NCBI GenBank assembly: GCA_964199315.1
Contig: OZ116699.1
Location: 1,302,001 to 1,366,000 of the forward strand
Length of the DNA stretch: 64,000 bases
Direction of reading: 5' to 3'
Source of the DNA: Orbicella franksi
Taxonomy: Eukaryota
In this document: positions 1 to 11,710 of the stretch, piece by piece
Position numbering within the stretch: the stretch's first letter is position 1
Layout of the letters: every line of letters starts with the position of its first letter
The notes under the pieces: generated by a model
What the model saw: only the letters and a program-made list of their open reading frames with translations
Told to the model about the DNA's origin: nothing
The model's database searches: none
Position numbers and translations under genes: made by a program

Positions 1-55
1 GAAGGAAAGTTGTCTCGAAGTATATCCCACGAACAACTTCTCGATGTAAAACCAA

Positions 56-275
56 GGGAGGCACAGTGATCCGGTGGTTAGTGAGCTGGACTCCGCATCG
101 AGTGGTCTGGGTTCGAGCCCTGGATGAGGTGTTGTGTTCTTGGACAATACTCTTTTCTCTGACATTTAATTTGGGCGGGGGGTGGGGGGTGTTGCGGTTG
201 GGGGAATTCCGTGATGAATAAATAATCCTTCAAGGGGGAGAAGCACTATTGTAGTGACGTAATGCAGAAACTCTA
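56..275 (+). mobile_element. tRNA-derived SINE, degenerate, in a SNRNP200 intron
   Basis: A-box-like TGGTTAGTG (~75-83) and B-box GGTTCGAGCCC (110-120), followed by TGTTGTGTTCTTGG and a GGGGG..GATG..AGGGGGAG..GCAGAAAC body resembling a coral SINE recalled from memory. No tRNA 3' acceptor arm. Confidence 0.7.
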
Positions 276-454
276 GTCTACTGGTTTCTGTAGTACCCAA
301 GAAGAATAAATGAACACTGCAAGAGAACTCTGTTTTAACTGTGAGAGTAAAAGCGTTTGTGAGAATTGTGTGACCTGGAGATGTTCGTAGCTGCTGTAAG
401 TCACGTTCAACAGAGTTGATATTAGTAACAGTTTTGTTTCATTTTATTGCGTAG

Positions 455-598
455 CTTATGAACCGTGTGCCACATAAAGTGACGAATCCTAAATATAACG
501 ATCCACATGTGAAGACCAACCTGCTTATCCAAGCGCACATGTCCCGGATGCAGCTGTCGGCTGAGATGCAGTCGGACACAGAGACTATTCTGGGCAAG
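455..598 (+). CDS. SNRNP200: U5 snRNP 200 kDa helicase (Brr2), internal exon; upstream exons lie outside the window
   Basis: AG|CTTATG...GGCAAG|GTTAGT, 144 nt. Encodes [48 protein letters not shown], matching the C-terminal Sec63 unit of Brr2. Confidence 0.96.
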
Positions 599-626
599 GT
601 TAGTGATGGCTTGACTGGGGTTAAAG

Positions 627-824
627 GAGCGAACGAACTTGAAGCGAGCGAACGAATGAACGAACGAGCTACTGAACCAAGGAACGAGTAAACAGATCAA
701 CGAACGAACTAACGAGCGAGTGAGCGAGCGAGCGAGCAGGAATTAGCAAGCGAGCGAAACGGGCGAACGAACTTTAACGAGCAAACGAGCGACGAACGAG
801 GAGACGAATGAACGAACGAACGAA
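627..824. repeat. Degenerate (GAAC/GAGC)n tetranucleotide repeat, intronic
   Basis: Runs such as gaacgaacgagc, gagcgagcgagcgagc and gaacgaacgaacgaa are directly visible. Confidence 0.85.
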
Positions 825-988
825 AACATAATCGTAGGCAGAGTGCATGGACGAGAAATCTCAATCTCCGATTTGTGTTTATTTTATTTTAGATTTGATT
901 GCTTTAACAGTCGTACTGTTTCTAAGTTAGAAACGTCTTGAGACACTGTTGCCTCATATCGTTGATTGTTGTTGATGTTTGTCATCAG

Positions 989-1078
989 GCCATGCGTCTT
1001 GTCCAAGCCTGTGTGGATGTGTTGAGTAGCAATGGATGGCTTTCGCCTGCACTGGCCGCTATGGAGCTCGCCCAAATG
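989..1078 (+). CDS. SNRNP200: SNRNP200 exon
   Basis: CAG|GCCATG...CAAATG|GTAAGA, 90 nt. Encodes [30 protein letters not shown]. Confidence 0.97.
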
Positions 1079-1429
1079 GTAAGAACAACTTCCCTGGATA
1101 ATGAAACATTTTCAGACATCTGCATGTGTATATCAAGCGATTTAGGATCGAACAGTCCGTGGAAAGTTATTGAAGGACAAGCTAAGGCAATACTAAATGT
1201 TCTTACAAACACGTTGGAGTTTAATTTTCTCCTCTTCAACCAAACAATGATTCAGTTGGGAATTGGATCATGTTTTTTTTATTGGAAGACAGGGGTATTC
1301 GGTATTGGTGATTTGCCGCCTATGTCAATTTGGGATTACCTCATGTAACTGGCATTGAAAATTATTATTTCTAAGTAGAAGTTGTGTCCAATCCTTAGGA
1401 ACAGGGGAATACTTTTTGTCTTTATTTAG

Positions 1430-1516
1430 GTCACACAGGCCATGTGGAGCAAAGATTCCTATCTGAAACAGATTCCTCATTTCAACCCAGAAATTATCAA
1501 ACGATGCGTGGACAAG
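1430..1516 (+). CDS. SNRNP200: SNRNP200 exon
   Basis: TAG|GTCACA...GACAAG|GTATGT, 87 nt. Encodes [29 protein letters not shown]. Confidence 0.96.
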
Positions 1517-1706
1517 GTATGTATGGTCACATACTAGAATTTTATCCTTGAACTTGAAAGTTAGAATCATCGTATACAGCACAAAGGACAGTACCTCATG
1601 ATGCTCAATAGCTTTCATGTGTATTGATCTCACAATGATAGTGGTGTTTCATTCACAAATGAGGAGTAACAGCAGTCTTAGCAAAGCTGTTTTATCGTTA
1701 TTACAG

Positions 1707-1790
1707 GGAGTGGAGTCTGTGTTTGACATCATGGACTTGGAAGATGAGGAAAGAAACAAACTACTGAGGCTGGATGACAGTCAGATGCAG
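1707..1790 (+). CDS. SNRNP200: SNRNP200 exon
   Basis: CAG|GGAGTG...ATGCAG|GTTAGA, 84 nt. Encodes GVESVFDIMDLEDEERNKLLRLDDSQMQ. Confidence 0.96.
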
Positions 1791-1866
1791 GTTAGAGTGT
1801 AACATTAGTATTTACACGTACAACTAGTACCAGCCTGCTACTTTATAGCAGTCAAGAGCTTTAACA

Positions 1867-1965
1867 GTGTCTGTCTGTCTGACTGTGCGTCTGACTTTTT
1901 AACTGGGTGTCGGGCTGTGTCTGTCTGACTGACTGACTGTCTGTCTGTCTGTCTGTCAGTCTGTC
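1867..1965. repeat. (CTGT/CTGA)n microsatellite, intronic
   Basis: ctgtctgtctgtctgtc and ctgactgactgact runs. Confidence 0.85.
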
Positions 1966-2015
1966 ATGCAATTCAGACATTAACTTCTTGTGTGTATGAA
2001 CCTGTTTGGTTGCAG

Positions 2016-2092
2016 GATGTGGCCAGGTTTTGTAATCGTTATCCCAACATAGAATTGTCATTTGAGGTTCATGACAAGGACAACATCACAGC
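2016..2092 (+). CDS. SNRNP200: SNRNP200 exon
   Basis: CAG|GATGTG...ACAGC|GTAAGT, 77 nt, ends phase 2. Encodes [25 protein letters not shown]. Confidence 0.96.
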
Positions 2093-2173
2093 GTAAGTTA
2101 ACAGCAGGTGATTTGTTTACGTGTTATTTGCAACAAGGATTGTAGCTTGATTTGTGTGGTTCAATATTTTCAG

Positions 2174-2305
2174 GGGCGCTCCTGTGAATGTTATTGTGGA
2201 CCTTGACCGAGAAGATGAGCAACCTGGCCCGGTCATTGCACCGTTCTTTCCTCAGAAGCGGGAGGAGGGCTGGTGGCTAGTTGTTGGCGACACGAAAAAC
2301 AATGG
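2174..2305 (+). CDS. SNRNP200: SNRNP200 exon
   Basis: CAG|GGGC...AATGG|GTAAGA, 132 nt, phase consistent with both neighbours. Encodes [43 protein letters not shown]. Confidence 0.96.
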
Positions 2306-2693
2306 GTAAGATTTCTTGATCCTCTTTTGCCCAAATGTTGTACGTTCGTTTTTTTGCAAACCTTTTATGCTTCATAAGATTCCTCATTACTCAACGGTGC
2401 CCTTGCAACAAATACGTTTATATACACCTTTGAGGTAGATGAAATAATTTGTTAGGCTTTGACATGCGATGACGTAATTTGATGACGAACTAATGCAAAG
2501 TCTTAAGTCAAAATTTTGAAGTCAGAAGTCAGGTCAAAATTTTATGCGTTATTCTGGGCTCTGAATGGTTTAGAAAATTGGGAAACCAATATTGATATGT
2601 TAAAACGTGTTGCATATTAATCATTCTAGTGAAACGCAGTTTGTTAATAAACTTCATCAAAATAACCAAAGACGATTGTTTTTTACCGTTCAG

Positions 2694-2904
2694 GTTGATT
2701 TCCATCAAGCGTTTAACGCTCCAACAGAAGGCCAAAGTGAAGCTGGACTTTGTAGCTCCAAGCTCGCCTGGGAACTACTCGTACACGCTGTTCTTTATGT
2801 GCGACACGTACATGGGATGCGATCAGGAATATCCGTTCAAGATTAACGTGGGAGAGGCTGTCAGTGGAGACGAGGACAGCGGAGACAGTGATGCCGAGGA
2901 TTAG
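2694..2904 (+). CDS. SNRNP200: SNRNP200 terminal exon
   Basis: CAG|GTTGATT...; encodes [22 protein letters not shown]...[17 protein letters not shown]...DSDAED then TAG at 2902-2904. Matches the known Brr2 C-terminus. Confidence 0.97.
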
Positions 2905-3634
2905 AGCTTAGGCTTGACAAATGACCTAAGCGATGTTTAGTATCAGGGACCCGACGATTTCCGTCGAGTTTCCGATGTGTACGTTTTTGCGTGACAACCA
3001 GAATTCGGGTGGTGCAATCCATTTCCCCTGATGGTATTCATGTTTGTAAAGGTTCAAGGATGTCTACGAAAAGTAGAGTTTGGCTCTATGCTGCCACTGT
3101 ACATATTTCGTCTTGCAGCAGTAACTTAAAAAGTAGAAATCGTACCATTCCGTGTACTTTGTGTTCAGCAACGAATTGTGTCAAGATACTTCGCAACTAA
3201 TGTAGAATGATTGTAAGATTTCAAAACTCTTGTTGAAACACACATCACCCCTCTTGACCCCAAGCAATAACGGCCAGTGCAGGCAAACCTGCAGTCAATA
3301 TTCCCCTCACTTTTTTGCTACGTCATTTATAGATCTGTAAAGTCTGCCTGTAGATTTTAAGAGTGCATAAAAATGGAAAAACCTTTTTACAGACTTCATG
3401 TGTGCATCTGAATTTGTCAAAGAACAAGACGATCTAAGATCGTAAGTCGAGCTGTAGCTAGACGTGCTGCTACAAGTGTTGTTCGCGGCGGTTCTAAAAA
3501 TAGCATGTGTGATATGTACATGCTAATAAATGCATGTTTCAAAGAAATCATGAAACTGACCGACAGATGAACGTGCCAAGCTACGGTAATCGTACTGAAG
3601 TTGATTTGAGTTGTGACGTCACTTGTGGTCACTG

Positions 3635-4441
3635 TCACCTGTGGTAATTTATAATTATACAGGGCTTTGTCACTGAGTAACACATAACATAAACCCCTAC
3701 AGAACAGCATTGTTTACAAGAGCAGTTGTGTTCTTCTGTCGCACTGTTCACTGGGGTTATTCCATATGTACTAATCTGCACTCCTCTGAGTTCGTCACCG
3801 AGTGAGTGTATAGTCGGGAAATACTGTACTAAGCTCTGAATGGATGGTACTTCTAATAGTACACATGTACCTGAGGGATGGCTTCTACCATATTTGTCTC
3901 TTGCATGAGAATCAAATATCTTACAACTCCCATTATCAGTTTGATAGATACTAACACCAATACCTTTTATTATTAGAATAAATGAATTATTTTGTGACAA
4001 GAGCAATTCAAAAGCCCTGTCTATAAACATACTGTACTGATATCCCTCAGTTATTGAATCACAATGATTTGGATTACCATAGGGTAGCTTTCACTATAAT
4101 TAAGCTGGTAATGTTTCTCAGACATAGCGATCATTGAGGTAATTCTATTTGCTTTAATTACACCTGCCCTGTACAGTGTGATAGTGTTCAAAACAATATT
4201 TTACAGTTGTTTGCTCGGCCCCACTAACCTTTGTGCTATAAACACTACTGAGGGTAAAGATGATTATTATTTCTTTATTATCCATCTCTATAATTTGTAT
4301 CAGGTCATTACAGCGATATATTCCATTTATCTTATTATAAATCAAAGCACTCAAACTCATAGCAACACATTGTTTACCAGAATTTTCACCAAAGTACATA
4401 ATATCACCTTGACTATTGTTAATATTACAAGTAACAAACAT
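3635..4441 (-). pseudogene. Disrupted herpes large-tegument-type cysteine protease/deubiquitinase (peptidase C76-like) fragment, probably from a mobile element
   Basis: SQGDxxxFGxNSGKQCVAMSL (Cys codon 4369-4367) and KIFDSHARD..G..HPSGTCVLLE (Asp 3913-3911, His 3907-3905). The linker YQLNYSESY (4110-4084) is in a different frame, so stops and frameshifts are present. Confidence 0.7.
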
Positions 4442-5046
4442 CGCATAACGAGACCTGATATTTCCTTTTCAACATCATTTTGTTGCACACACAACGCTGA
4501 TTCGTCACTCTTTTGTTGTATACATAGCGTTGCTTTGCCCAACACATCACATTCACGTGACACAATGTTATCTGATAGCAAACAAACATTCCTGCACACA
4601 ACGCGCGAATGTAATGTACACACAAAAGCGACAAAACTAATGGCACTATTAGCAAAATAACAGCTTATAATGAACTCACTCTGAGCAAAAACATAGTAAA
4701 TGTAATAATCATGAAAGGGTTCACATAAAAATGACAATTAAGTGCGTTTATCTTCACTCTGATGAAAGCCACTTTTGCAGTCCAACATGGCATCTTTGTT
4801 GTCGTCTCCTAGAGTTTGATCACGACGCACCTAGTCTTTATCAGTACCAAAAACTTCCGTAAATGTTCTTTTGTCGTCTGTTCATTGATAATTCATTGAT
4901 ATCCGACACATCTTTTCCTTTCGAATTCGACATCGTAGAAAGAAGGTTGAACCTTTATTACGTGTCTGCGGTGTTGCACATTGCACGTGACTGAGCTTTT
5001 ACAGGAAATACGAGGGTAAACCTGTTGTCGGTTTTCGCCCGACCGA

Positions 5047-6222
5047 TAAATATCTGCATTGATTCCAGAGATATTTAGGTTTGAAAAATATGTTAAATAC
5101 GCAAAAGAGAGGACTGATGATGTCATACACGCAACCCAATATTACATCAAGTATAGACCCTATTCATAAGTGGCTGCGAAGTTCAGATTCTTTTGTATGC
5201 ATTTAAATTAGCCCAACTAACCTCGTTTGAGGTTACAAATTCTTTTTAATAGCAGATTTGCGCGTTGGCGTTGACTACAACTACCAGAATTTCCTTCGTT
5301 GCTTTTTTATTTTTTAAATTTTGAATTCCCAGTGGGGTTTAAATAACAATTACCCTAATCAACATAAGAAACAGAAAAAGTGAAGGATTCTGGTAGTTGA
5401 AGTCAAATGACGCCATCGTGCAAATCGCCTATTATCAACTCAAAAAGGAGGTTAGTTGGGCTAATTTTAATACTTACAAAATAATTTTTAACAGCCCTTT
5501 TCACGGTTGATTTTTCTCATTTGCATTACAATGTAATCCAACGTGGATGCGAGGTAATTTCGGGCTAAAACTACACAATAGCCCGAAATTGCCTCACATA
5601 CATGCTAGATTTTATTGTAATGCAAAGGAGCAAAGGTAGCAGAAACCATTGAGACTTGGTAGGCTAATAGTTCAACAGGTAACACCCCTACGGCTATAAC
5701 AAATTTTGTTCCCATGGCAACTCAATATTTTCCAGTCCCCTCCAACCTGATTAAGTGATTTTAAGTTCGAAAAACATTTAACAAGGACACGAACTCGACC
5801 TAACATTTACATGTTTGCTACATCATGCAGGTGATGCAAAATTGGCAAATATCAAAATGGAATGCCGAGGGTGGCCAGAAAAGCCTTTAATATCAGGAAG
5901 GTCTGGAACACAGAATATTGCCATGGTAACAAAACCGTTAAGCTCATATTGTGGTGCTCATCTAGCAGAAACTTACTGGAAAGAATCAAACATTTCTTAT
6001 ACAAATTAGCTGAGTTACCTTTCATCATATTTGACCAACAATATGTTGAGTTTATGACGTCATTACTTGGTTAATTTTCATATTTAAAAAACTTGAATAT
6101 CCCTGGAATGACAAGGCATTGAGGAAAATCAACAGTGTTTTTCTTCTAGAACAGACTACTTGTTTATGTTTAAAGATGGCTTAGATAGGTATAATGCGAA
6201 TTTTGTCATAGTAGCACTTTAG
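5047..6222 (-). mobile_element. Non-autonomous DNA transposon (Kolobok-like TTAA type), split by nested MITEs at ~5155-5637
   Basis: ~70 bp imperfect subterminal inverted repeat between 5063-5136 and 6045-6108. One terminus reads GTCATAGTAGCACTTTA. Family assignment is from memory. Confidence 0.55.
5155..5637. mobile_element. Three stacked palindromic MITEs
   Basis: Exact 20 bp inverted pair at 5205-5224 / 5448-5467 encloses a second element with its own TIRs (5248-5433, AATAGCAGATTTGC...GCAAATCGCCTATT). A third palindrome spans ~5512-5637. Confidence 0.75.
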
Positions 6223-6862
6223 GGGTTCGTGCCCTTTGGCGGAAAAAAATACAGTCATCTATGTAACATGTTCAACGCCACTAGCTCTTTCTAGCACAGC
6301 TACATAACTCAAATTTGGTCAATGCGCTCCTTTGTCTAATATCTTAAGCTTTCTATTCACGAATTGTTCAGAATTCGAGTTTTAAGGAAATAATTTGCCA
6401 TCGGATTCCCATACAAACTAGCTACTGACCCTTGTCGCCTACCTGTCAAGATGGCTTTCAAAAACCGTGATAAGGTCTATTGCAACGATTTCAAATGGGG
6501 ATAACTTTAATCCTATTGTTAGTAAACGTTTTAATCGGGAATGTGTATTTTCGTCTGAACGGACATTTGGACTGAACCTAGCAAGAAACGCTCTGGAAAT
6601 TTTGAGAATGTAATCTGGAGAGCACTGCTTGGCTTGCGAGAACGGAAACTCGCCACGATTTCCTGGTACACGCTGATCTACTTCAATGGTCTTCTTACGG
6701 ACTTCAAGGACGAGACAGTACTTGATTCCAGCAGTAGTTGTATTCTGTCAACTTTGTAATCGAAATTATATCGCTCAAGTTTTTGCTGACTGAACAATTC
6801 TTGCAATAGAAGAATTATTACTTTCAATGTGTCGGAACTCCAGAGTAATAATGTTTCGTTTC

Positions 6863-7090
6863 AATAGCAAAACTCAATGACAGAAGTTTCTGTTATTGTG
6901 CGGCTGCCATGTTGGTGCCTCACGGAAGGGCACCAACATGGCGTCTCCATACAAAGCTCTATAAATTTGGGTGAAACACTTTTCCGAATAAACGCGCGAA
7001 TGGAAAACCGCATAGACCAAGATCTTGGCAAGGTTGTTTATATTTCAATCATCTATCATATCCCAGATTTTTGACGTATTAATTGAATGG
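6863..7090. mobile_element. MITE fragment (GGCACCAACATGGCG core type)
   Basis: Central palindrome gccatgttggtgcc...ggcaccaacatggcg. Resembles a common cnidarian MITE (from memory). Confidence 0.5.
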
Positions 7091-8274
7091 CTATGATTCT
7101 TAATTTCTTTGGATTGCGAGACAGAACAAACCGGCAATTTTATACTAATGGTCCCGCGAATATTCTGGAATAGTACATCAGCTAAGTGCACAGTGAATGT
7201 TACACACGAGTTGAAATGACTAAACATTAGTTACAGCATATACATTTCACGTGTCACAATTGTCTCAGCAGTTCGGTAAAGAATTCTAAATTAGATTTAC
7301 TAGTGATTAGTACTTTTACTAGACTATTCCATCATCAGTGGTACAATCACTAACTGTCAGTATTTTTACTGACGTGCTTAGGACAACATTGTAACATATC
7401 CCCTGACACTGTTAAATTCTGAAGCTAATATTGATAACGATGAGAAGCTCTCCGGTTTATTCGGTTCAGTTGCACTTGCTCTTCACAGTTGATAGATTTT
7501 GCGAAAGTCATTAAAGCGCCGTTTCAGTAGACAATTTTCCTGTAACTTGCCTGGAATTTACAAACCAAGATCATTGAACGAAAAATTTCTGTCTCACAAG
7601 GTTTTGCTGATGTAACCCTTGCACAAGGTGGAATCAATTAGTTTTCGCAACCATCACTGCGGCAAAGAAGTAATGACAACAAATTAAAAAAAAAAAAGAC
7701 AAAAAATTGCGAGATATGTTTGGTTTACTTTAATGCGACAGGGCTTTAACCAAGTTGTCGGTAGCATTACCATTTGCGCCACTTAATAGCGTAAACGGGC
7801 AACCCAGCTCGATATATCCATTTCCTCTTTATCAGCGTCCATCTTTCCAAGATCAACTGATTAAATGCAACGTTTTACTCAGGGCTGGGTCTTATCAGTT
7901 GCAAAACTGAGCTGGAGGTAATCTTATATTCACAGGTCGACAATCAGTAGACTGACCATCGGCAATCATTCGAGTGGAGGCTTTAAGAAAATACCTTTCG
8001 TTGTGCCACCGCCGCGAAAAATTGAACTTACTTTTTCTGTGCAAAACGTTTTCTGTGATAGAATTGTTGCGAACATGTTCGATGGCTCGTTTTCTTCGGG
8101 CTTTCATTGAAAAATTGAGTTCCCTTAACCTGGCCAAAATTAAGGGCATTATGAAATTCAAATTAGCCAGTAATTAACAGGAACCACGGGTGCCAAGTTT
8201 CATGTTTGGTCTGTGTCGCATTAACTTGGAAACTTTTCAATAACCGTCATTGCCAAAGATATTAATTAGTATTT

Positions 8275-8370
8275 TAAATACTTCCGCACTCCTCGATGGC
8301 TCGATTTCCAGCCGCTGATTGGAAAAAGAGCCCGCGTTCCAAAAGGCGCGATGGAAATCAAGTGTATACC
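8275..8370. mobile_element. Short MITE-like repeat
   Basis: GC-richer island ctcgatttccagccgctg...gagcccgcg...ggaaatcaag with inverted gatttcca/tggaaatc. Confidence 0.4.
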
Positions 8371-11300
8371 TCTTGAAAATGTCAGAGGCTAACCTGTCTG
8401 GAGAAAGTCACCCATTCTCCACTGTCTGTTTTCTGTCTGTGCGTAAGAATTGAAACAATTCGGTGAAATATCATTGGTATTACAGCTTCTTTTAATCGGA
8501 AGTAGACTTTCATCGCAGGATTATTTTTCTATTGTGTATTTAATGTTTTTTCCTGACATTTGTGCCACTATCGATGTGAAATATTTAAATTACATTTAGT
8601 TTAAAAAACAGCGGTCTCATCACTTCCGCCAATTTGAATTCTGTCAAAAGTTCTCGTAGTGTGTTTTTATCTTGGCTTGTGCTTGATTCGCGGCCGGGTT
8701 AGCTGCAAGATAAAACGCGCTTCGAACTTTGACCTATTTTCAGGGTAAATCTGAAGCCGAGGGGCATTTGAAAGACTCGTACAAATTACTGCTTGAGGAG
8801 GGTACATTTAAACATTGACTTTTCATATCTTTTCTCTGACGCCGGCTTCGAAAGAACTGAGAAATAATTCAGAATCTACCCGCGCATAGAACCTTGCTGA
8901 GATTTCCACAAAATAGCAAGAGGTAAGATCTTAATTTTTGTTTCGATTCCATCCAGCATTTGCTTCGCCTCTCTGTTGAGACGACTTTATCAATACGGTA
9001 TTTGCTTTTCTTATTTGCTTACTTGTCGTCGGTTGATTTTTTTTTCGCCCCTCATCTAACAAGAACAGGCGAGTTCTAATGGTTACAATATTCGCTATGT
9101 CACACGAAAAAAAAAAAAAAAAAAAAAAATCAGTGCAGGAAAGTATAGAATGTAATATTGATTCATAAAACTCCAATCGCTGATAAGAATCTTGAGGTTT
9201 TAAATTGATTTCAATATATTTATATTTAATCTAGTGACTACGGATGTGTCTAGGACTGTGACTGTTTGAAAGGGAAAAAGCAAATATTCTGTACCAAGTT
9301 AATAGGAAAAAAAAATCCGTCTGCCCGACTGAAATTCCACCGAGTCAACTCAATTTCTATGAATTTTGCTGATTGCAAATAGCTTGATTAAATGCTAGTT
9401 CTAGGAGAATTTTGCTGAGGGGACGAAGCCGGATTAATAAGGACAGCGTAAGGTAAAAAAATGCCCTTGCGAGTTAATGGCGTATCCGTAACGAATGAAA
9501 TAATTTAATGTAAGGGGAAATTTATGGCTCGCTGTATGTGCCGAAAAAATAACTGAAGATAGAAATGATCGAGTTGTATTTTAAATGTGGGATTCTGCTG
9601 TAAAGATATCATGTATTCGCTCCTGATTAATGTCCTTACTCTCAACATGTTCCTCCTGCTCGATAGATTTATGCGGAAGGGAGAAATTAGGTTTTGATCT
9701 CATTAGGAATTTCGTAGGGTTATTCTTTATATCTTACTTTGTTCAGTTATCGGTTTCTTTTTATCTTTCACACTAAAAACTCGATTTTCTCAGTTTACAT
9801 ATTAGGTTTTTTACATGTTTGTACAAGCGCAGTTTAGCGTTGCAAGATTAATTTTTGGGTTGAAAATTTGACAGCCTGATGTATTTCGTAATTTGACGCC
9901 AATTATTTCATGTACAAACGATTCAGATTAATTTTTGCTACCAAAATCTCATTGTCGCCTTTCAAATGGGTGATATCTGCCGTAAAGTTAAATAGCAGTT
10001 CTGCAGCTAACGACAAAGGTTTAGCTAGCGCATGAAAATAACTCCGTTACGGCAGCAAAATCTGTGACATAACCAGAACGAAACCGCCCCCATCAACGCC
10101 CCCTAAGCTGAACGATATCGCGAGGTTTTTGTTGCGCTTATCAATACTTTTCTGTATTGGAAAGATCAAGGCTAGCCAGATACTTTTAAAAGAACTTTAT
10201 GCTCTCTTCATGGAAGGCAAAGCAAAGAAAAACACAATAAAAATATGTATGCTTAAATACACGAAGAAATATAAGGTTATCTTTGATAAATCTTGCCAAA
10301 AATCACGGCTTTTTCAAAGTTTCTAATTACTGGTCATCGTTAAATAGCAGAAGACTTTAAGGTCAAAATTTATGGGTTATCGCGAAATGTAACATAATAT
10401 TCGCAGCACAACAACTTTGAAGACAGCCAAAATTTATTTCCAGAAAAAAATCGAGAAATGCAAAGTTTCAACATCTGATATTAAATGTTACAATTATAAC
10501 AAGGAAAAGGTCGGTGCTATTTAGTTCCAAACAATGTAGTAGGTCTTTGGTGAATAGAAAAGAAAAAGAAGCCTGCTGTTTTCTCCATTAAGAAAGGAAA
10601 TGAAGATGTCTGTTGTTGACATTTATTTGAAGAACCTTGAAACATTGTTGACTTAAGAAAGAGCAAGGTTTAAAAGTAAGTTTGGTTAGCTTGAGGGCCT
10701 TAGATATCTAATAACCTTAGATTTTTTTATCGAAGCGTCGCTGCACTGAATTATTTGGAGAGTTGGGAAGAATTAAAACAAATGGGATTGCAAAGATATA
10801 ACTAACTCCAATTTCCTTTGATAACTTTCTTAAGCCTGTACCGTTGTGTTGCATAAGGTTCCTCTTGCTTTAAGGCATATTTTTCTCCAAGCAATGGTCA
10901 CGAACATAAATAAACTCTTCACAATCAAGTCACATCCCGGAGCCTCTTTGTTCGCCCACGCCATTCTTATTAGATATGATGAGCACCTTTGGAAATGCAC
11001 GTTAATTCCGTTTGGCTAAATATGATAATAATCAGAAGTAATCAACTGCTTTAATGGAACGAGACGAAAATAGTTGCAAGTTTAGAAATTGGATTTGTAA
11101 TAAGCGATATTTTTGATGAACACCTTGAATGAACGAAATTATGGTAAATGGTGAATTTGGAAGACACAGTGAGAAATATGTTATACGACCAGTAATAAAA
11201 TTTACCCTGGAAAAGAATGCTGAATTCTCCAAACTGGAATAGAATCCCCCTTTGACCTTTCACATCGATCGAACACTCAGCCTCTCACAGGAGACAAGTG

Positions 11301-11569
11301 GATAAGTTGTTCAAGAGATTGAAGCAGTATGCAACGTCTTCTAAACCAGGTGTGGTAATGAAAATGTGCATGACTGTGTTACGGAGATAGGCTTGTGTAA
11401 TGAGATAGAAGTCTATGAGCCTGTGAGTTTTGGATTAAGGTGAATATACTATAGGTAGGAAAAGTTACGCCCAGTTTATATGGATAGTTGGTGAAGTGAA
11501 TAGCTCTTGTTATAATCGTTTTATTCAAATTTATACGAATAAGTGCACAAGATATATCAAACGCTGTAT

Positions 11570-11710
11570 GACTGGTTCCGAGAGAAACTGTAAGTTTTTT
11601 CCCCGATACGAAAAGCAGAGGGCTAGGTTAAGATTTTAGAGAAAAAAAAACTAATAATTCTTTCCCTAAGGACAAATCAGTAATTAAGTATTTTGTTATA
11701 TGACAAAGCA
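11570..11710. mobile_element. Palindromic non-autonomous element, same family as 22237-22380
   Basis: Shares the layout ggt(t/c)cc..gaaa..tttttt-ccc...gaaaa..aaaact...ttccc.a.gg...agtaattaagt.ttttgtt with 22237-22380. Confidence 0.55.

Noticed and set aside
56-130. tRNA gene
   Set aside because: A and B boxes are present but there is no cloverleaf 3' acceptor stem, and the sequence runs on into a SINE body.
4178-4660. 160 aa plus-strand ORF
   Set aside because: Antisense shadow of the C76-like relic; low-complexity Thr/His/Ile composition and no motifs.
7643-7708. Transmembrane helix of the LRR pseudogene (NFLSFFFLICCHYFFAAVMVAK)
   Set aside because: Hydrophobicity comes partly from a 12 nt homopolymer run, so it is not reliable enough to call receptor topology.
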